Positions 48,651 through 64,000 of a DNA stretch of 64,000 bases are shown piece after piece. A model generated the notes under the pieces. The model was not told the DNA's origin. It saw nothing but the letters and a program-made list of their open reading frames with translations, and searched no databases. The stretch lies in assembly GCF_009914755.1 (NCBI RefSeq), contig NC_060935.1, one strand, 5' to 3'. This stretch comes from the human T2T-CHM13v2.0 reference genome, Homo sapiens. The position numbers were made by a program, and so were the translations under genes. Each line of letters starts with the position of its first letter. The stretch's first letter is position 1.

Positions 48651-48992
48651 TATTCCACTTGAGCTATCTAACATTTGGAAATATTTCAGCAGACACCATA
48701 TTATCTTCAAACTTGGATTTTCCCCTGTAAAATTATTCCAATGTTCTTGTTTTATTGGGGCAGCCCGGGGGTGGAGGAAATACAAAAACTAGGTACTAAT
48801 TTCCTACCTGTAGGTTTCTTGGCTTGAGGATATTTCTAGAGTGCATTATAAACAGGACTAGGACTCTACTTTTATTCCTATTTTCCCTTTCCTGCTATCT
48901 GTAATGAACATATAATCCATTTTGTATCAATTCATGATGTTGACAAACTCATTTCCAATCTGAAGTGCTTTTTACAAATATAGCTACTTGGA

Positions 48993-49331
<339 letters not shown>

Positions 49332-49687
49332 TTATGCCTGTGATTGTCTCAGAAGAGTCTGTACATGCAGAATACAATACTTCAGAATGTGAAATTATTT
49401 TCATGAATGAAATAGGCTTCAAAGTAAGCAGCCTCTGTTGTGTAGATCCAAAAAATTAAAGCCTGCTGGGGAGTGATGTTATTATAACCAAAATTTCAGG
49501 AGCCACCATACACTTTGACAAAGGACTATCAACACTGCAAGACCATCAGATTACCACAGAAAGTGTATGAACTACAACCCTAAGAGGGTCAGATACAATG
49601 GGGAAGGTATGAGAATCTGCCACTATTCTACCCCTGAAGACACACTCCTATCTCAGAAGGCTTCTGACCAAAAAGTATAGCATCTTA

Positions 49688-49806
49688 TACAAAAATTAAC
49701 TAAGATGGATTAAAGACTTAAATGTAAAACCCTAAACCATAAAAACTCTAGAAGAAAACCTAGGCAATATCATTCAGGACATAGGCTTGGGCAAAGACTT
49801 CATGAC
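49688..49806 (+). mobile_element. Short internal L1PA ORF2 fragment with TSD, no poly(A)
   Basis: TACAAAAATTAAC...GGATTAAAGACTTAAATG...GAAGAAAACCTAGGCAAT...GGGCAAAGACTTCATGAC; 18-bp direct repeat AAAAAGTATAGCATCTTA at 49670-49687 and 49807-49824. Confidence 0.88.
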
Positions 49807-50612
49807 AAAAAGTATAGCATCTTACACCACTGAAACTATATTACTAAGAAGTACGGTCCAGTTTAATAAACCAAGTACTAAACCCAATTTTGGAAGCTAT
49901 CAGAAAAACTTGTTTATTAAGTCCTTGAAATTATAGAAAATATGCTTACCTGGACCCTTAACAAGCAGTTGGTAGGAAAGAATGATTACTGCAGTGCTGT
50001 TGTCCCAGTAATGAGTTTAGAGACACTGGCCTTTGGATTGCTTGAGTAATATAGTCAATGCTGTAATGTGCTACCCAGATATGCCCCCTTCTCCCCACTC
50101 TTTCAGGACTTAAAGCTGCCTCTATTCTAAGAATTGCCCTCAGCATTAAATTTGTGCCCTCCCTGGGGGCAGCCCCCATCTAATGCCTAGTCAGTGCTCT
50201 GGTACCAGGGCTGATCCCTTACCTCAAATTTAGACAGTTTTGCAGAGCCGTCCCAGCTCTCACCCAAAGGATTGGCTAAACTTTTATTGTAACCTTATCG
50301 CAGTTCAACCTCATCTATCCAGTCCTGCTTCTCTGTCATCCTTACAGGTGTTTTTCCCGAATGTACTCTCTAGTAAACCACCTATGCTCAAATTCTGTCT
50401 CCAAAACTATGCCCAAAAAACCTGACCTATGACCGATTAAGTTGCAAATTTCTGGCATACTTGCACATTTTTAAACCCTTTGCTTCCTCTAATGTGACCT
50501 GTATAAAAATTCAATGATAAGCGTATTTGCTTGTCAGGGGATAATCTATAACAGAAAAAAATACACATTTCTTCTCTAAATGAATTACAATTACCAAAGC
50601 CCCAACCAGTAA

Positions 50613-51008
50613 TGCTATGGACTCAGTTGTGTTCCTTTCAAAATTCATATGTTGAAGTCCTATAACCCCTAATATGATGGTATTTGGAGACAGACTTTGG
50701 GAGACAATTAGGATTAGATGAGGTTAATGTGGTGGGTCCCTTACAAGGGTGTGCCCTTATAAGAAAAGACACCAGACAGCTTGCCCCCCACCCAGCCTCC
50801 ACTCACACAGGCACCAAGGAAAGGCCATGTGAGCACACAGTAAGAAGGTGGCCGTCTGCAAGCCAGGAAGAGAGCCCTCACCAGAACTCAACCATGCTGG
50901 CACCCTGATTTCAGACTTCCAGCCCCAAGAACTGTGAAAAAATAAATTTCTGTTACTAAGTCACCCAGCTTATGGTATTTGTTATGGCATCTTAAAAAGA
51001 CCAAGATA
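50613..51008 (+). mobile_element. MLT1A0-like solo LTR
   Basis: TGCTATGGACT...AAAATTCATATGTTGAAG...ACCATGCTGGCACCCTGAT...; 5-bp TSD AGTAA. Confidence 0.8.
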
Positions 51009-51206
51009 AGTAACAACTGAACACCTGATATGCCCAAAACTTAATACCACGTCAGTGTTTGCCATCTTTTCTGAACCACTGACGTAGTTATTCCTTTCTA
51101 ATTTTGCTATAATGTATACACCTGAGTGACAAAGAGAAGAGAAAATTGGAATGGATGAGCTGCTGGTGAGGGCTCTGGATTAATTATTGGATATTAAAAT
51201 GGGAGA

Positions 51207-52033
51207 CGCCCGGCCAGCCGCCCCGTCCGGGAGGTGAGGGGCGCCTCTGCCCGGCCGCGCCTACTGGGAAGTGAGGAGCCCCTCTGCCCGGCCAGCCGCC
51301 CCGTCTGGGAGGGAGGTGGGGGGTCAGCCCCCTGCCCGGCCAGCTGCCCCGTCCGGGAGGGAGGTGGGGGAGTCAGCCCCCCGCCCGGCCAGCCGCCCCG
51401 TCCGGGAGGTGAGGGGCGCCTCTGCCCGGCTGCGCCTACTGGGAAGTGAGGAGCCCCTCTGCCCGGCCACCACCCCGTCTGGGAGGTGTGCCCAACAGCT
51501 CATTGAGAACGGGCCAGGATGACAATCGCGGCTTTGTGGAATAGAAAGGGGGGAAAGGTGGGGAAAAGATTGAGAAATTGGATGGTTGCCATGTCTGTGT
51601 AGAAAGAAGTAGACATGGGAGACTTTTCATTTTGTTCTATACTAAGAAAAATTCTTCTGCCTTGGGATCCTGTTGATCTGTGACCTTACCCCCAACCCTG
51701 TGCTCTCTGAAACATGTGCTGTGTCCACTCAGGGTTAAATGGATTAAGGGCGGTGCAAGATGTGCTTTGTTAAATAAACAGATGCTTGAAGGCAGCATGC
51801 TCGTTAAGAGTCGTCACCACTCCCTAATCTCAAGTACCCAGGGACACAAACACTGCGGAAGGCCGCAGGGTCCTCTGGCTAGGAAAACCAGAGACCTTTG
51901 TTCACTTGTTTATCTGCTGACCTTCCCTCCACTATTGTCCTATGACCCTGCCAAATCCCCCTCTGTGAGAAACACCCAAGAATGATCAATAAAAAATAAA
52001 TAAATAAATAAATAAAATAAAATAAAATAAAAT
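51207..52033 (+). mobile_element. SVA retrotransposon, 5'-truncated (part of VNTR + SINE-R + A-rich tail)
   Basis: GC-rich VNTR units (CCCGGCCAGCCGCCCCGTCCGGGAGG), HERV-K-derived SINE-R ending AAACACCCAAGAATGATCAATAAA, (TAAA/TAAAA)n tail; TSD AAAATGGGAGA at 51196-51206 and 52034-52044. Confidence 0.95.
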
Positions 52034-52324
52034 AAAATGGGAGAAGGGTGGCAATGATCACTTAGCTGCCACGTTGAGCCTCATATCACAATTTTCTGGG
52101 GGTGACCATTTCTTGATTATTTAGCATCACTTCCACTTCCACCTTTGCCCTTTCTACTAGTACCTAACTTTTCTTTTTGTTTCTAGAACATTCATTAACC
52201 CAGAACAAAGGTTGAACCAAACCTGGAGATAAATCTAGATTAGCTTAAGCCAGTCAGCACCTTCCATCACTCAGCAGCCTGTCATTATTTCTGAACCCAT
52301 AATTTAGGACCATTTAATTAGGAT

Positions 52325-52521
52325 AGTATTTCACAGCCAGGGGTGATTTCACCCCCCAGGAGAAACTTGGCGATATCTGGAAACATTTTTGGTCGTCACA
52401 GCTCCATGTGGAAAAGGGGAGTGCTGCTGGCATCTAATAGGCAGATGCCAGGGATGCCACCTAACATCCTGTAATGTTCAGGACAGATCCTCCCACAACA
52501 CAGTATTATCTGGCCCAAATG
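52325..52521 (+). mobile_element. MER20 DNA transposon
   Basis: GGGGTGATTT..CCCCCCAGG...TTTTTGGTCGTCACA...CTGGCATCTA...TTATCTGGCCCAAATG. Confidence 0.8.
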
Positions 52522-52527
52522 CCTCGA

Positions 52528-54139
<1,612 letters not shown>

Positions 54140-55329
54140 CAAGGTAGTGTTTAGAAACAGAATATTCAGATTGGACTATGACTGAATTTGACCAGTAGTT
54201 AATATATAGCCCAGAATAGATCATGAGACTCTCCCCCATATGAATACCATTGCTGCCTGAACTTTGTGTCTCCTCATACTGGGGGAGAAAGTGAAAATAC
54301 CTTTGTTTGTAGGAAGGTAGAAACAGTCAATTTTGTGATTGTATGGAAATTTAAGTGAGTTGAGTCATGTGCATACGAATCCAAGTAGCCAAAGGGGTAG
54401 ACCATACCAATTACTAAGCTGTGGGTGCTCAGCTTCCAGTCCCACTTCTGGTTGGCTTTGTGATGCTGGAGTCGGGCTCTTCAAACCACATTTTTCCCCT
54501 GCCAGGTGGATTTTTTAGGCTCAGAGAATAGGGGTCCTTAGAGGAGACTTCAAGGCTGGAAGTGGAGAGTGGCACAATCTTCCAATGCCTGTTGGTATCA
54601 CGTTGCTTCTTCCTCATTCCCAAGCAGCAATTCAGTCCAGGAACAGTGGAATCCAGTGTCCCAGCACTTGCGTTCGGCCTCATCATGCTCCCTGAGAAAC
54701 ACCAGCCCCAGCCTATCAGGTTCCTCCTCAGAGTACTGAGTTTCAGCTGCCTGAGGCTCTTTTTCCAAGTTTCAGAGTTTTAGTAATTCAGGGCTTCGGG
54801 CCTAGGGGTGGTAGCTGCTTCTTGAAGTTTCTATCTCCATAATAGCTGTGTCTTCTCTTTGAGCTTTCTCAGTCACTATGCTAACAATTCTTTATACCTG
54901 ACTAACAATTATTTATATTAAATTCTATCTGTTAAAATAAGTATAGTGGTTTCTGTCTCCTGATTAGACCATGACTGATTTGGATAGAAATAAAAATGTC
55001 TGATTTATTTACTTAGAAAGGTGGATTGGAGACTTCTAGATTAACATGAATGACTGAAAACATACAGCTAATTCTGCATCCTCCAAAAACTCCATTACAA
55101 CAACAGCAAATGATTTTAACTAACACATGGGTAGGGCAACAAGAAATGAGACAGCATCGACACGTTTTGAAAGCTGGAAACCAAATTTATCCAGCAGGAC
55201 TACGAGAGCCAAATCCCAAGCCCACAGAGTGAGGAAGGCTGAGAATCAACACAATTAGCATCCCAAAATTCACAAACAGCACAAGATTAGCAAGTACCAG
55301 GTACTGCCAGAACTAGAAGTAAAAGTCGG

Positions 55330-55683
<354 letters not shown>

Positions 55684-56339
55684 TTAGATTCCATGCCACT
55701 GGGAGCCTGCCCCTCCCTCATACTGGCAGAAATCTGGAGGTGTAGAGTCCAGAAGAAATAGAATAGTCTCTAGACTGGGAGGTACCAGGCCCCTTTGAGG
55801 ACGGAAATACCATGCCTGAAGAGGAGGATTCAGTGGTCACGGGCGTTCCGAATCATAAGTACAGAGACTTCCAATCGTCTTTAACAAACACTCCCCAGAG
55901 CACTGGTAGAAAGATCCTAACCTTCTAGATGAGATTGGAAGGTCCTTCTCTGAAAACATCTGGCCTAAAGATGACTAACATTAGGAGTTCTCAACAAATG
56001 TCCGATCGAATCACTTTGAAACTCCAAGTTGAGACCACCCACACCACATGATCAAGACCATGATCCAATCAGCTTTCTGGTTCCCCACTCCTGAATACAA
56101 TCACTCTGGCTTGGCCAAGGATTGAGATATTTGGGAAAACAAATTTTTTTTAAAAAAATTAAATTAACTTTGTAAGACAGACTGTGCAGGGAGAAGAAAA
56201 TTTCAAAAAAAAAAGTATTGACATCATCAGAGAGGGAAGAGAGATATTACATTCAATTTTTAAAAAGAAACATTCAGAAAATGAATAAAAAGAGCTTTTA
56301 GAAATGTAAAGCTTGTTAGCAGAATTTTAAAACTCTATA

Positions 56340-56950
56340 AATAGAGTTTGGCAGTTCTTCAAAAAGTTAGACATGGAGTTACCATATGACCCAGCTATTC
56401 CACTTCCAGGTAAATCCCAAGAGAATTGAAAACATGCGAACACTAAAACTAGTGAACACATGTTCATGGTCGCATTATTCATAGTAGCCAAAACGGAGAA
56501 ACAACTCGAACATTCATCAACTGATGGACTAAAAAAATGCAGTATATCTATACCACAAAATACTATTCAAGCATAAAAAATAATAACATAGATATTGTTA
56601 CACGCTAGAACATGGATGAACCTCAAAACATTATGTTAAGTGAAAGAAGCCAAACACAAAAGGCCACATATTTTATGATTCTATTAGTATAAGATGTCCA
56701 GAATAGGTAAATACAGAGATAGAAAATAGATTAGTGATTTTCAGTGCTGAAGGTAGAGGGGAGTTGGGACTAACTACTGATAGGTACAGGGTGATGGAAA
56801 TATTTTGGGGATGAAGTAATTTGTGCAATTATGCAAGTAGTAATTATATTAAAAACACAATGTAGTAATTATAATAAAAACCACTGAAGCATACACTTTA
56901 AAATGGTGAGTTTTATGTTATGTGAAGCATATTTCAATTCTAAAATGCTT
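56340..56950 (+). mobile_element. L1M (L1MB/ME-like) 3' region
   Basis: GAGTTACCATATGACCCAGC...CATGGATGAACCTCAAAACATTATGTTAAGTGAAAGAAGCC...TACACTTTAAAATGGTG. Confidence 0.75.
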
Positions 56951-56964
56951 TTAAAGTAAAAATC

Positions 56965-57259
<295 letters not shown>

Positions 57260-57742
57260 CTATTAAAAACAATACTCAATAGAAGGACTGAAGAAAAAAA
57301 GTTAAGGAAATCTCCCAGAAAGAAGAGTAAAAATACAAAGAGAGAGAATAGAAGAGAGAAAAATAGAAATTTGGAAACAGAGAGCAGTGAAAGAAAATAG
57401 GGTAACTCATGGATGAAACAATTCAAGAAACATTTCCAGAACAAAAGGCATAGTCTCCAGATTGAAAGAAACTTATAATTGTCTAGAACAATGAATAAAA
57501 GCAAGTCCACTGCAAGGCACATGGTAAAAATTTGTGAAAATTTGACTGGGGCAAAAACAAGGTTCTGCTAGTTTCCAGATAGAGATAGACAGAGAGAGAC
57601 AAAACAGTGCACACATGAAGAGTGAGAACTCCAAAGAATTTCAAACCTCTCAGTGGAGTCCACTGGAAATTCCTTCAAACTTTTTTTTAAAAAAATAAAA
57701 CTATTGAGATATAATTCACATGTCATACAATTTACCCATTTA

Positions 57743-58396
<654 letters not shown>

Positions 58397-58710
58397 TTAG
58401 TATGTTTGCAGTTTGCAACCATCACCAAAATCAATTTTAGAACATTCTTTTAACCCCCCAAAAAGCTCCATAATTATTAGTAGTCATTCCCTGTTTCTCT
58501 CTGCCCCCATCCTCTCCCTACAACCCCTCAGGCCCTGGCAATCACTTGTGTACTTTCTATCTCTCTATATTTGCCTATTCTGGACATTTTTAACTGACAG
58601 ATAAAATTGTATGCATTTGTCATGTACCATATGATGTTCTGAAGTATATATCCATTGTGGAACAGTTAAATCGAATGCATTGCCTCACATGGTTATCATT
58701 TTTGTGATAA

Positions 58711-59052
<342 letters not shown>

Positions 59053-59145
59053 ACATTTTTCAAACATACAATATATCATCATTAACTATAGTCATTGTGC
59101 TATACAATAGATCTCTCGAACTTATTTATCCTAACTGTAATTATG

Positions 59146-59760
59146 CAGTTATGCATCTCTTAATGACAGGGATACATACTGAGAACTCTGCCTTTAGACG
59201 ATGTTATCATTGTGCAAACATCATAGAGTGTACTTACACAAACCTTAGATGATACAGCCCACTACACACCTAAGCTATATGGTATAGTCTATTGCTCCTG
59301 TAACAAACCTGTACAGCATGTTATTGTACTGAATACTGTAGGCAATTGTGGCACAATGGCTAGTATTTGTGTATCTAAACATACCTAAACATAGAAAAGG
59401 TACAGTAAAAGTACAGTATAAAAGATTAAAAATGATACACCCGTATAGGGCACTCACCATGAATGGCGCTTGCAGGACTGGAAGTTGCTCTGGGTGAGTC
59501 AGTGAGTGACTGGTGAGTGAATGTGAAGGCCTAGGACATTACCATACACTACTGTAGACTTTGTCAACACTGTAAACACTGTACACTTAGGCTACACTAA
59601 ATTTGTAAAAAATAATAATAAGTGTGCTACAAGGTTAGGATTGCTACGACCTCACTAGATTACAGGAATTTCTTCAACTAACTCCATCATAATCTAATGG
59701 AACCACCATTGTATATGCCATCTGTCATTGACTGAAATGTCATTACATGACACATGATGG
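59146..59760. mobile_element. Tigger3/MER7-like DNA transposon
   Basis: CAGTTATGCA..CTTAATGACAGGGATAC...ATCATAGAGTGTACTTACACAAACC...CACATGA; inserted in an antisense L1MA 3' end. Confidence 0.75.
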
Positions 59761-59960
59761 TATATCTTTTGACCAACACCTCCCTATCCCCCCATCAACT
59801 ACTCAAGCCTCTGGTCATCACCATTCTCCTTTCTACTTCCGTGAGATGGACTGTTTTAGATTCCACATATGACTGAAATCATTCAGTGTTCATTTTTCTG
59901 TGCCTGGCTTATTTCACTTAACATAATGTCCTCTGGGTTCATCCATGTCCATATGAATGA

Positions 59961-60313
<353 letters not shown>

Positions 60314-61529
60314 CCACATTTTCTTTATCCATTCATCTGTTGATGAACACTTAGATTGATTCCATATCTTGGTTATTGTGAGTAATGCTGCAATAAACAT
60401 GGGAGTGCAGATAGCTCTTCAACATATTGATTTTATTTCCTTTAGATACATACACAGTAGTGGGATTGTCTTCAAACTTCTCAAGGAAATTATTTCAAAC
60501 CTAGAATTCTGTGTCACCAAACTGTCCTACAAGTATGAGGGTAAAACAAAGATATTTTCAGACACACAATGGCTTAGATATTTTCTATTTTCCCTTCCAG
60601 ACCTATTCTTCATTGTGTTTATGCACTAGGAGGATTTTTTAAATAAACTGCATCAATGAGCTCCTTAGCCTTCTAGGTTGGACAATGGCAGGCACCAGGA
60701 GGAGATCAGAGGGTGGGAGGAGAGCAAGGTGATGCTATTCATTCCCCTTGCCTCCCTCCCTGGTTCTCATGGATTGCCTGCATCCCTCAACCAAAGGCCA
60801 CAGCTCTTATCATACAGTCCTCTCCTCTAGCTACTCTCCAGGTTCTAGTAACTGCTTCCTCCCCTTGATCCTTCGGCCTACCATCAACATCTCTGAGGTT
60901 CTGTCCCATCTCTTAATGTTTTTTATTTACTCCAGAGCATCAGCTATCTATTGCAACATTAATGCTGCATAACCACTACGCCAAAGTCCAGTGTCTTTTA
61001 AAAGACTATTTTTTTCTCATACATCTGCAGGTCAGCTAGAGTGGGGCTGAGTTACGCTGGGCTCAGTTGAGCATCTTTACCTCATGCCTTGCTAGCTAGA
61101 GCAGCTATGCTTCCCACTGTAGATCTATGAGGTGGTTGGAGCAACTCTGTTCCCCATGTATCTCATCTTCATTAGATCAGCAAACATGTTGCTTGTGGCA
61201 GCAGAGGCACACAAGAACAAACAAAAATACATGATGCCTATGAAAGCCTAAGCTTAGAACTGCCATGCTGTCATTCCCACTCGCATGTCATTGGCTAAAA
61301 CAAATCACACGGCCAAGCCCAACGACACAAGGCAGGGAAGCACGGTCCACCCATCAAGAGGGCATGAAAGGATACAGATACAGATAAGAATGAAGAATTG
61401 AAGTCAATTTTTTAATCTGCCACCCTGCCTTCATCTTTATAAATATTACCTTTATTAAATCCACGTCAATTACCCCTATTCTCGTGTACCTGAGCACCTA
61501 GAGCTTAGCCACATTTGAGTGTGGCTTAG

Positions 61530-63715
61530 TGGTTGCCTCATGTTGCCTTCTGGGTTCCAGAGAAATATAGGAATAGGTACCAGGAAGGGCCCAAGAAAAC
61601 AGAACCCCACAGTAGGATTCTGAAATTCTATTGCTTTTATACTTAAGAAGCACAAAACTTCTTAAGTAACCTCCTTACCAGGAGAACAGTGGATACTGGT
61701 AATCCATGGCATTCAGTGACATAACAGTGACTAGACTTACCATTGTTGGTGGCAAGGAATAAATTCAAGGAGGATGGCAATAGAAATAAAGTGACTGTGG
61801 TACTTAGTCACCATGGTGACAATAGTGATTATAAAGACTGTGGAGTCAACTGACTGTCTCTGATGGCTCTAAAGAGTAAACACGGAAAAAAACATATTGA
61901 AAGCCTTGCATACCCAACTGAAAACATTATGGGAAATCAGAACATCTCTACAGTAGCTCTAATGGAGTCCTTCTCCTCTAGTCAATGGACTGATATGGAA
62001 GAAGACCACATCTGAAAAATGATGTTAATAGCTGCAGAGATGCAAAACCAATTAAATACTCAAATCCTTCCGTTTCAATTTCTTACAATATGCAAAGGGT
62101 ACTAAGGGAGAGAGATGGGACCCTGAGAGATGCGATATAGACATTTGTGTAGACATGGATGAGACTAAGAATCTGAATCCTAAAATCCCCCTAAACCTCT
62201 CTGAGGAGGTTTATACCCTGCAACCCCAACTCCATTGAATAAAATCCTTTCAATGACTATTCCTCAGGCAGTTCCCTTACAAAAAAAAAATGTGACTTTC
62301 CTCAAGACCCACCTCCACTGCCCCTCATTGCTTCCAGATCCACAAAGAAAGTAAAATGCCAGCATAGTCCAGATTGCAAAGTATAGAGGCTAGGCCTCAA
62401 GGAGATAGACTTTATGCCAAAAGAGTTGCAGAACTTCATTAACTTTTATCAGCAGGAGTCTGGAGAACATTTATTTAAGTGGATTGTAAGGTTGTTAGGC
62501 CAAGAAGAATGTAACTTAAGACTTGATTAAGCTGAATTTATTGAAATGGGTGCACAATTGGGAATCAGTATTTAATGTCATGGTTTGAGCACTTGGGAAG
62601 CGGCACTAATAGTCGGCTAGATTGGTCAATCTCAACAGCAAGCCACAGTCAGTAAAGATGAAATGCCAGAACTTGGCATACTATAGACAGAGGAAGAAGT
62701 CTAAATGTGAACAGGCATGAGAAAGCTAAAATGGATCTATTATATGCAGCTTGATTAACCCCTCCTAGCCATATCCCCCCAGGAAGGCCCAGAGGATACT
62801 CCCTTCTTTAAGGCAGTAAGAAAGGAATTAAACTGACTAATCCTAAAACCTGAAATCCTACCTTGGTTCACTAATCAGAATGTGCTTATGGAAGTCAGGT
62901 AAAAGCGGGAGTTTTGGTCTAAGTCCAGTGGGATCATGGATTCATTTTGTGGCTCCCAGCCTCAGGAGGTATATTTAAAATAGATATATTTAGTAATTAA
63001 AAGACCCTCACATCTGAGCTGCAGTGAGCCAAGATCGCGCCAGTGCACTCCAGCCTGGGTGACAGAGTGAGACTCGGTCTCCAGGAAAAAAAAAAAAAAA
63101 ACAACCAAAAAACTGCCGAGATCCTCATATCTATTTCCTAGCTCACAGAGTGAGGTATCCTATGGCCATAAGGGAGGAGCCAGTAGCAAGTAGAAGACCC
63201 TAGAATTGCCCTACCCAACCCACTCCCCCATGCCAAACTAGTAACCCAAAGTAAACCCACTACCCCAGAGGAACTGCAGGGTTAGTGCCACCCATTAAAG
63301 GCTTGACAGAGGCAGAGGTGGGATTCTAACCACATCTCCACTTAACTTCCTTCCTGGCTCTTAGAAAAGCCAGATGGTTTTGGAGAATGACTGTGGATTA
63401 TTACACACTTAATCAGCAGTGCCACAATGCAGCCCTTGGAAGCTGGTATGCAGATATTAGCCTAACAAATTCCTCCCCCCAACCCATTCCTACCGCCAAA
63501 GGAAATCAGAAGCAATCTCTTACCTCAGGCTATGGCAGTGCTCCTGCACATTGTCATCATGTAGCCTGGAGAATCTTGATTGTCTTAATATTTTATAGAA
63601 CATCACACTAGTCCATCGTATTGGTAACATGATAGAACGTTCAAAGGCTTGCCACTTCAGTGAAGTTCATAAAGGTCTACAGGTCTAGTTCATATCAAGA
63701 TATACTTTTTAAAGT
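61530..63715 (+). mobile_element. Decayed ERVL-class (class III ERV) internal gag/pol relic
   Basis: AAGCCAGATGGTTTTGGAGAATGACTGTGGATTAT (63366-63401) = KPDGxWRMTVDY reverse-transcriptase motif; upstream gag-like GCTGAATTTATTGAAATGGG; no intact ORF. Confidence 0.7.
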
Positions 63716-63722
63716 AAAAAAT

Positions 63723-64000
63723 GGCCAGGGGCAATTGCTCATGCCTGTAATACCAGCACTTTGGGAGGCCGAGGTGGGCAGATCACTTGAGGTCAGGAGT
63801 TCGAGACCAGCCTGGCTAACACGGCGAAACCCTGTCTCTACTAAAAATACAAAAATTAGCCAGGCGTGGTGGTCAGCGCCTGTAATTCCAGTCACTCGGG
63901 AGGCTGAGGCAGGAGAATCGCTTGAACCTGGGAGGCAGAGGTTGAGTGAGCTGAGATCACCTCACTGCACTCCAGCCTGGGTGACAGAGCGAGACTCTGT
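63723..64000 (+). mobile_element. AluS (runs off window end)
   Basis: Dimer lacking only the tail. Confidence 0.93.

Noticed and set aside
51207-51490. GC-rich repeats with variable spacers, superficially CRISPR-like
   Set aside because: SVA VNTR followed by SINE-R in a primate genome; no cas genes.
61640-61668. 11-bp stem hairpin TACTTAAGAAG-N7-CTTCTTAAGTA
   Set aside because: Single short inverted repeat in an ERVL relic; no functional context.

Overview
Human (hominid) genomic DNA, recognisable from its proteins as the head-to-head SIAE / SPA17 locus (11q24). The minus strand carries SIAE coding exons 1-4; the gene continues off the left edge. The plus strand carries complete SPA17: non-coding exon 1 plus four coding exons that splice to 151 aa. 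The two genes share a CpG-island promoter at ~20.1-20.8 kb that contains an RFX X-box. Most of the rest is interspersed repeat: ~30 Alus, a near full-length old L1 with nested THE1/Alu/MADE1 inserts, a 5'-truncated SVA, MaLR/ERVL LTRs and DNA transposons. Nearly all ORFs in the supplied track are repeat-derived noise. I found no new protein-coding system. The most notable observations are: (1) the SIAE allele encodes Val89, the known M89V variant; (2) a tailless retrocopy of an apparently unspliced pre-tRNA-Tyr with a perfect 16-bp TSD; (3) two locally templated insertions, one inverted and circularly permuted, one with microhomology at both ends; (4) an internally primed tailless L1 fragment with an 18-bp TSD; (5) a four-level transposon nest in SPA17 intron 3. 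Repeat subfamily calls come from remembered consensus sequences and need RepeatMasker/Dfam confirmation.
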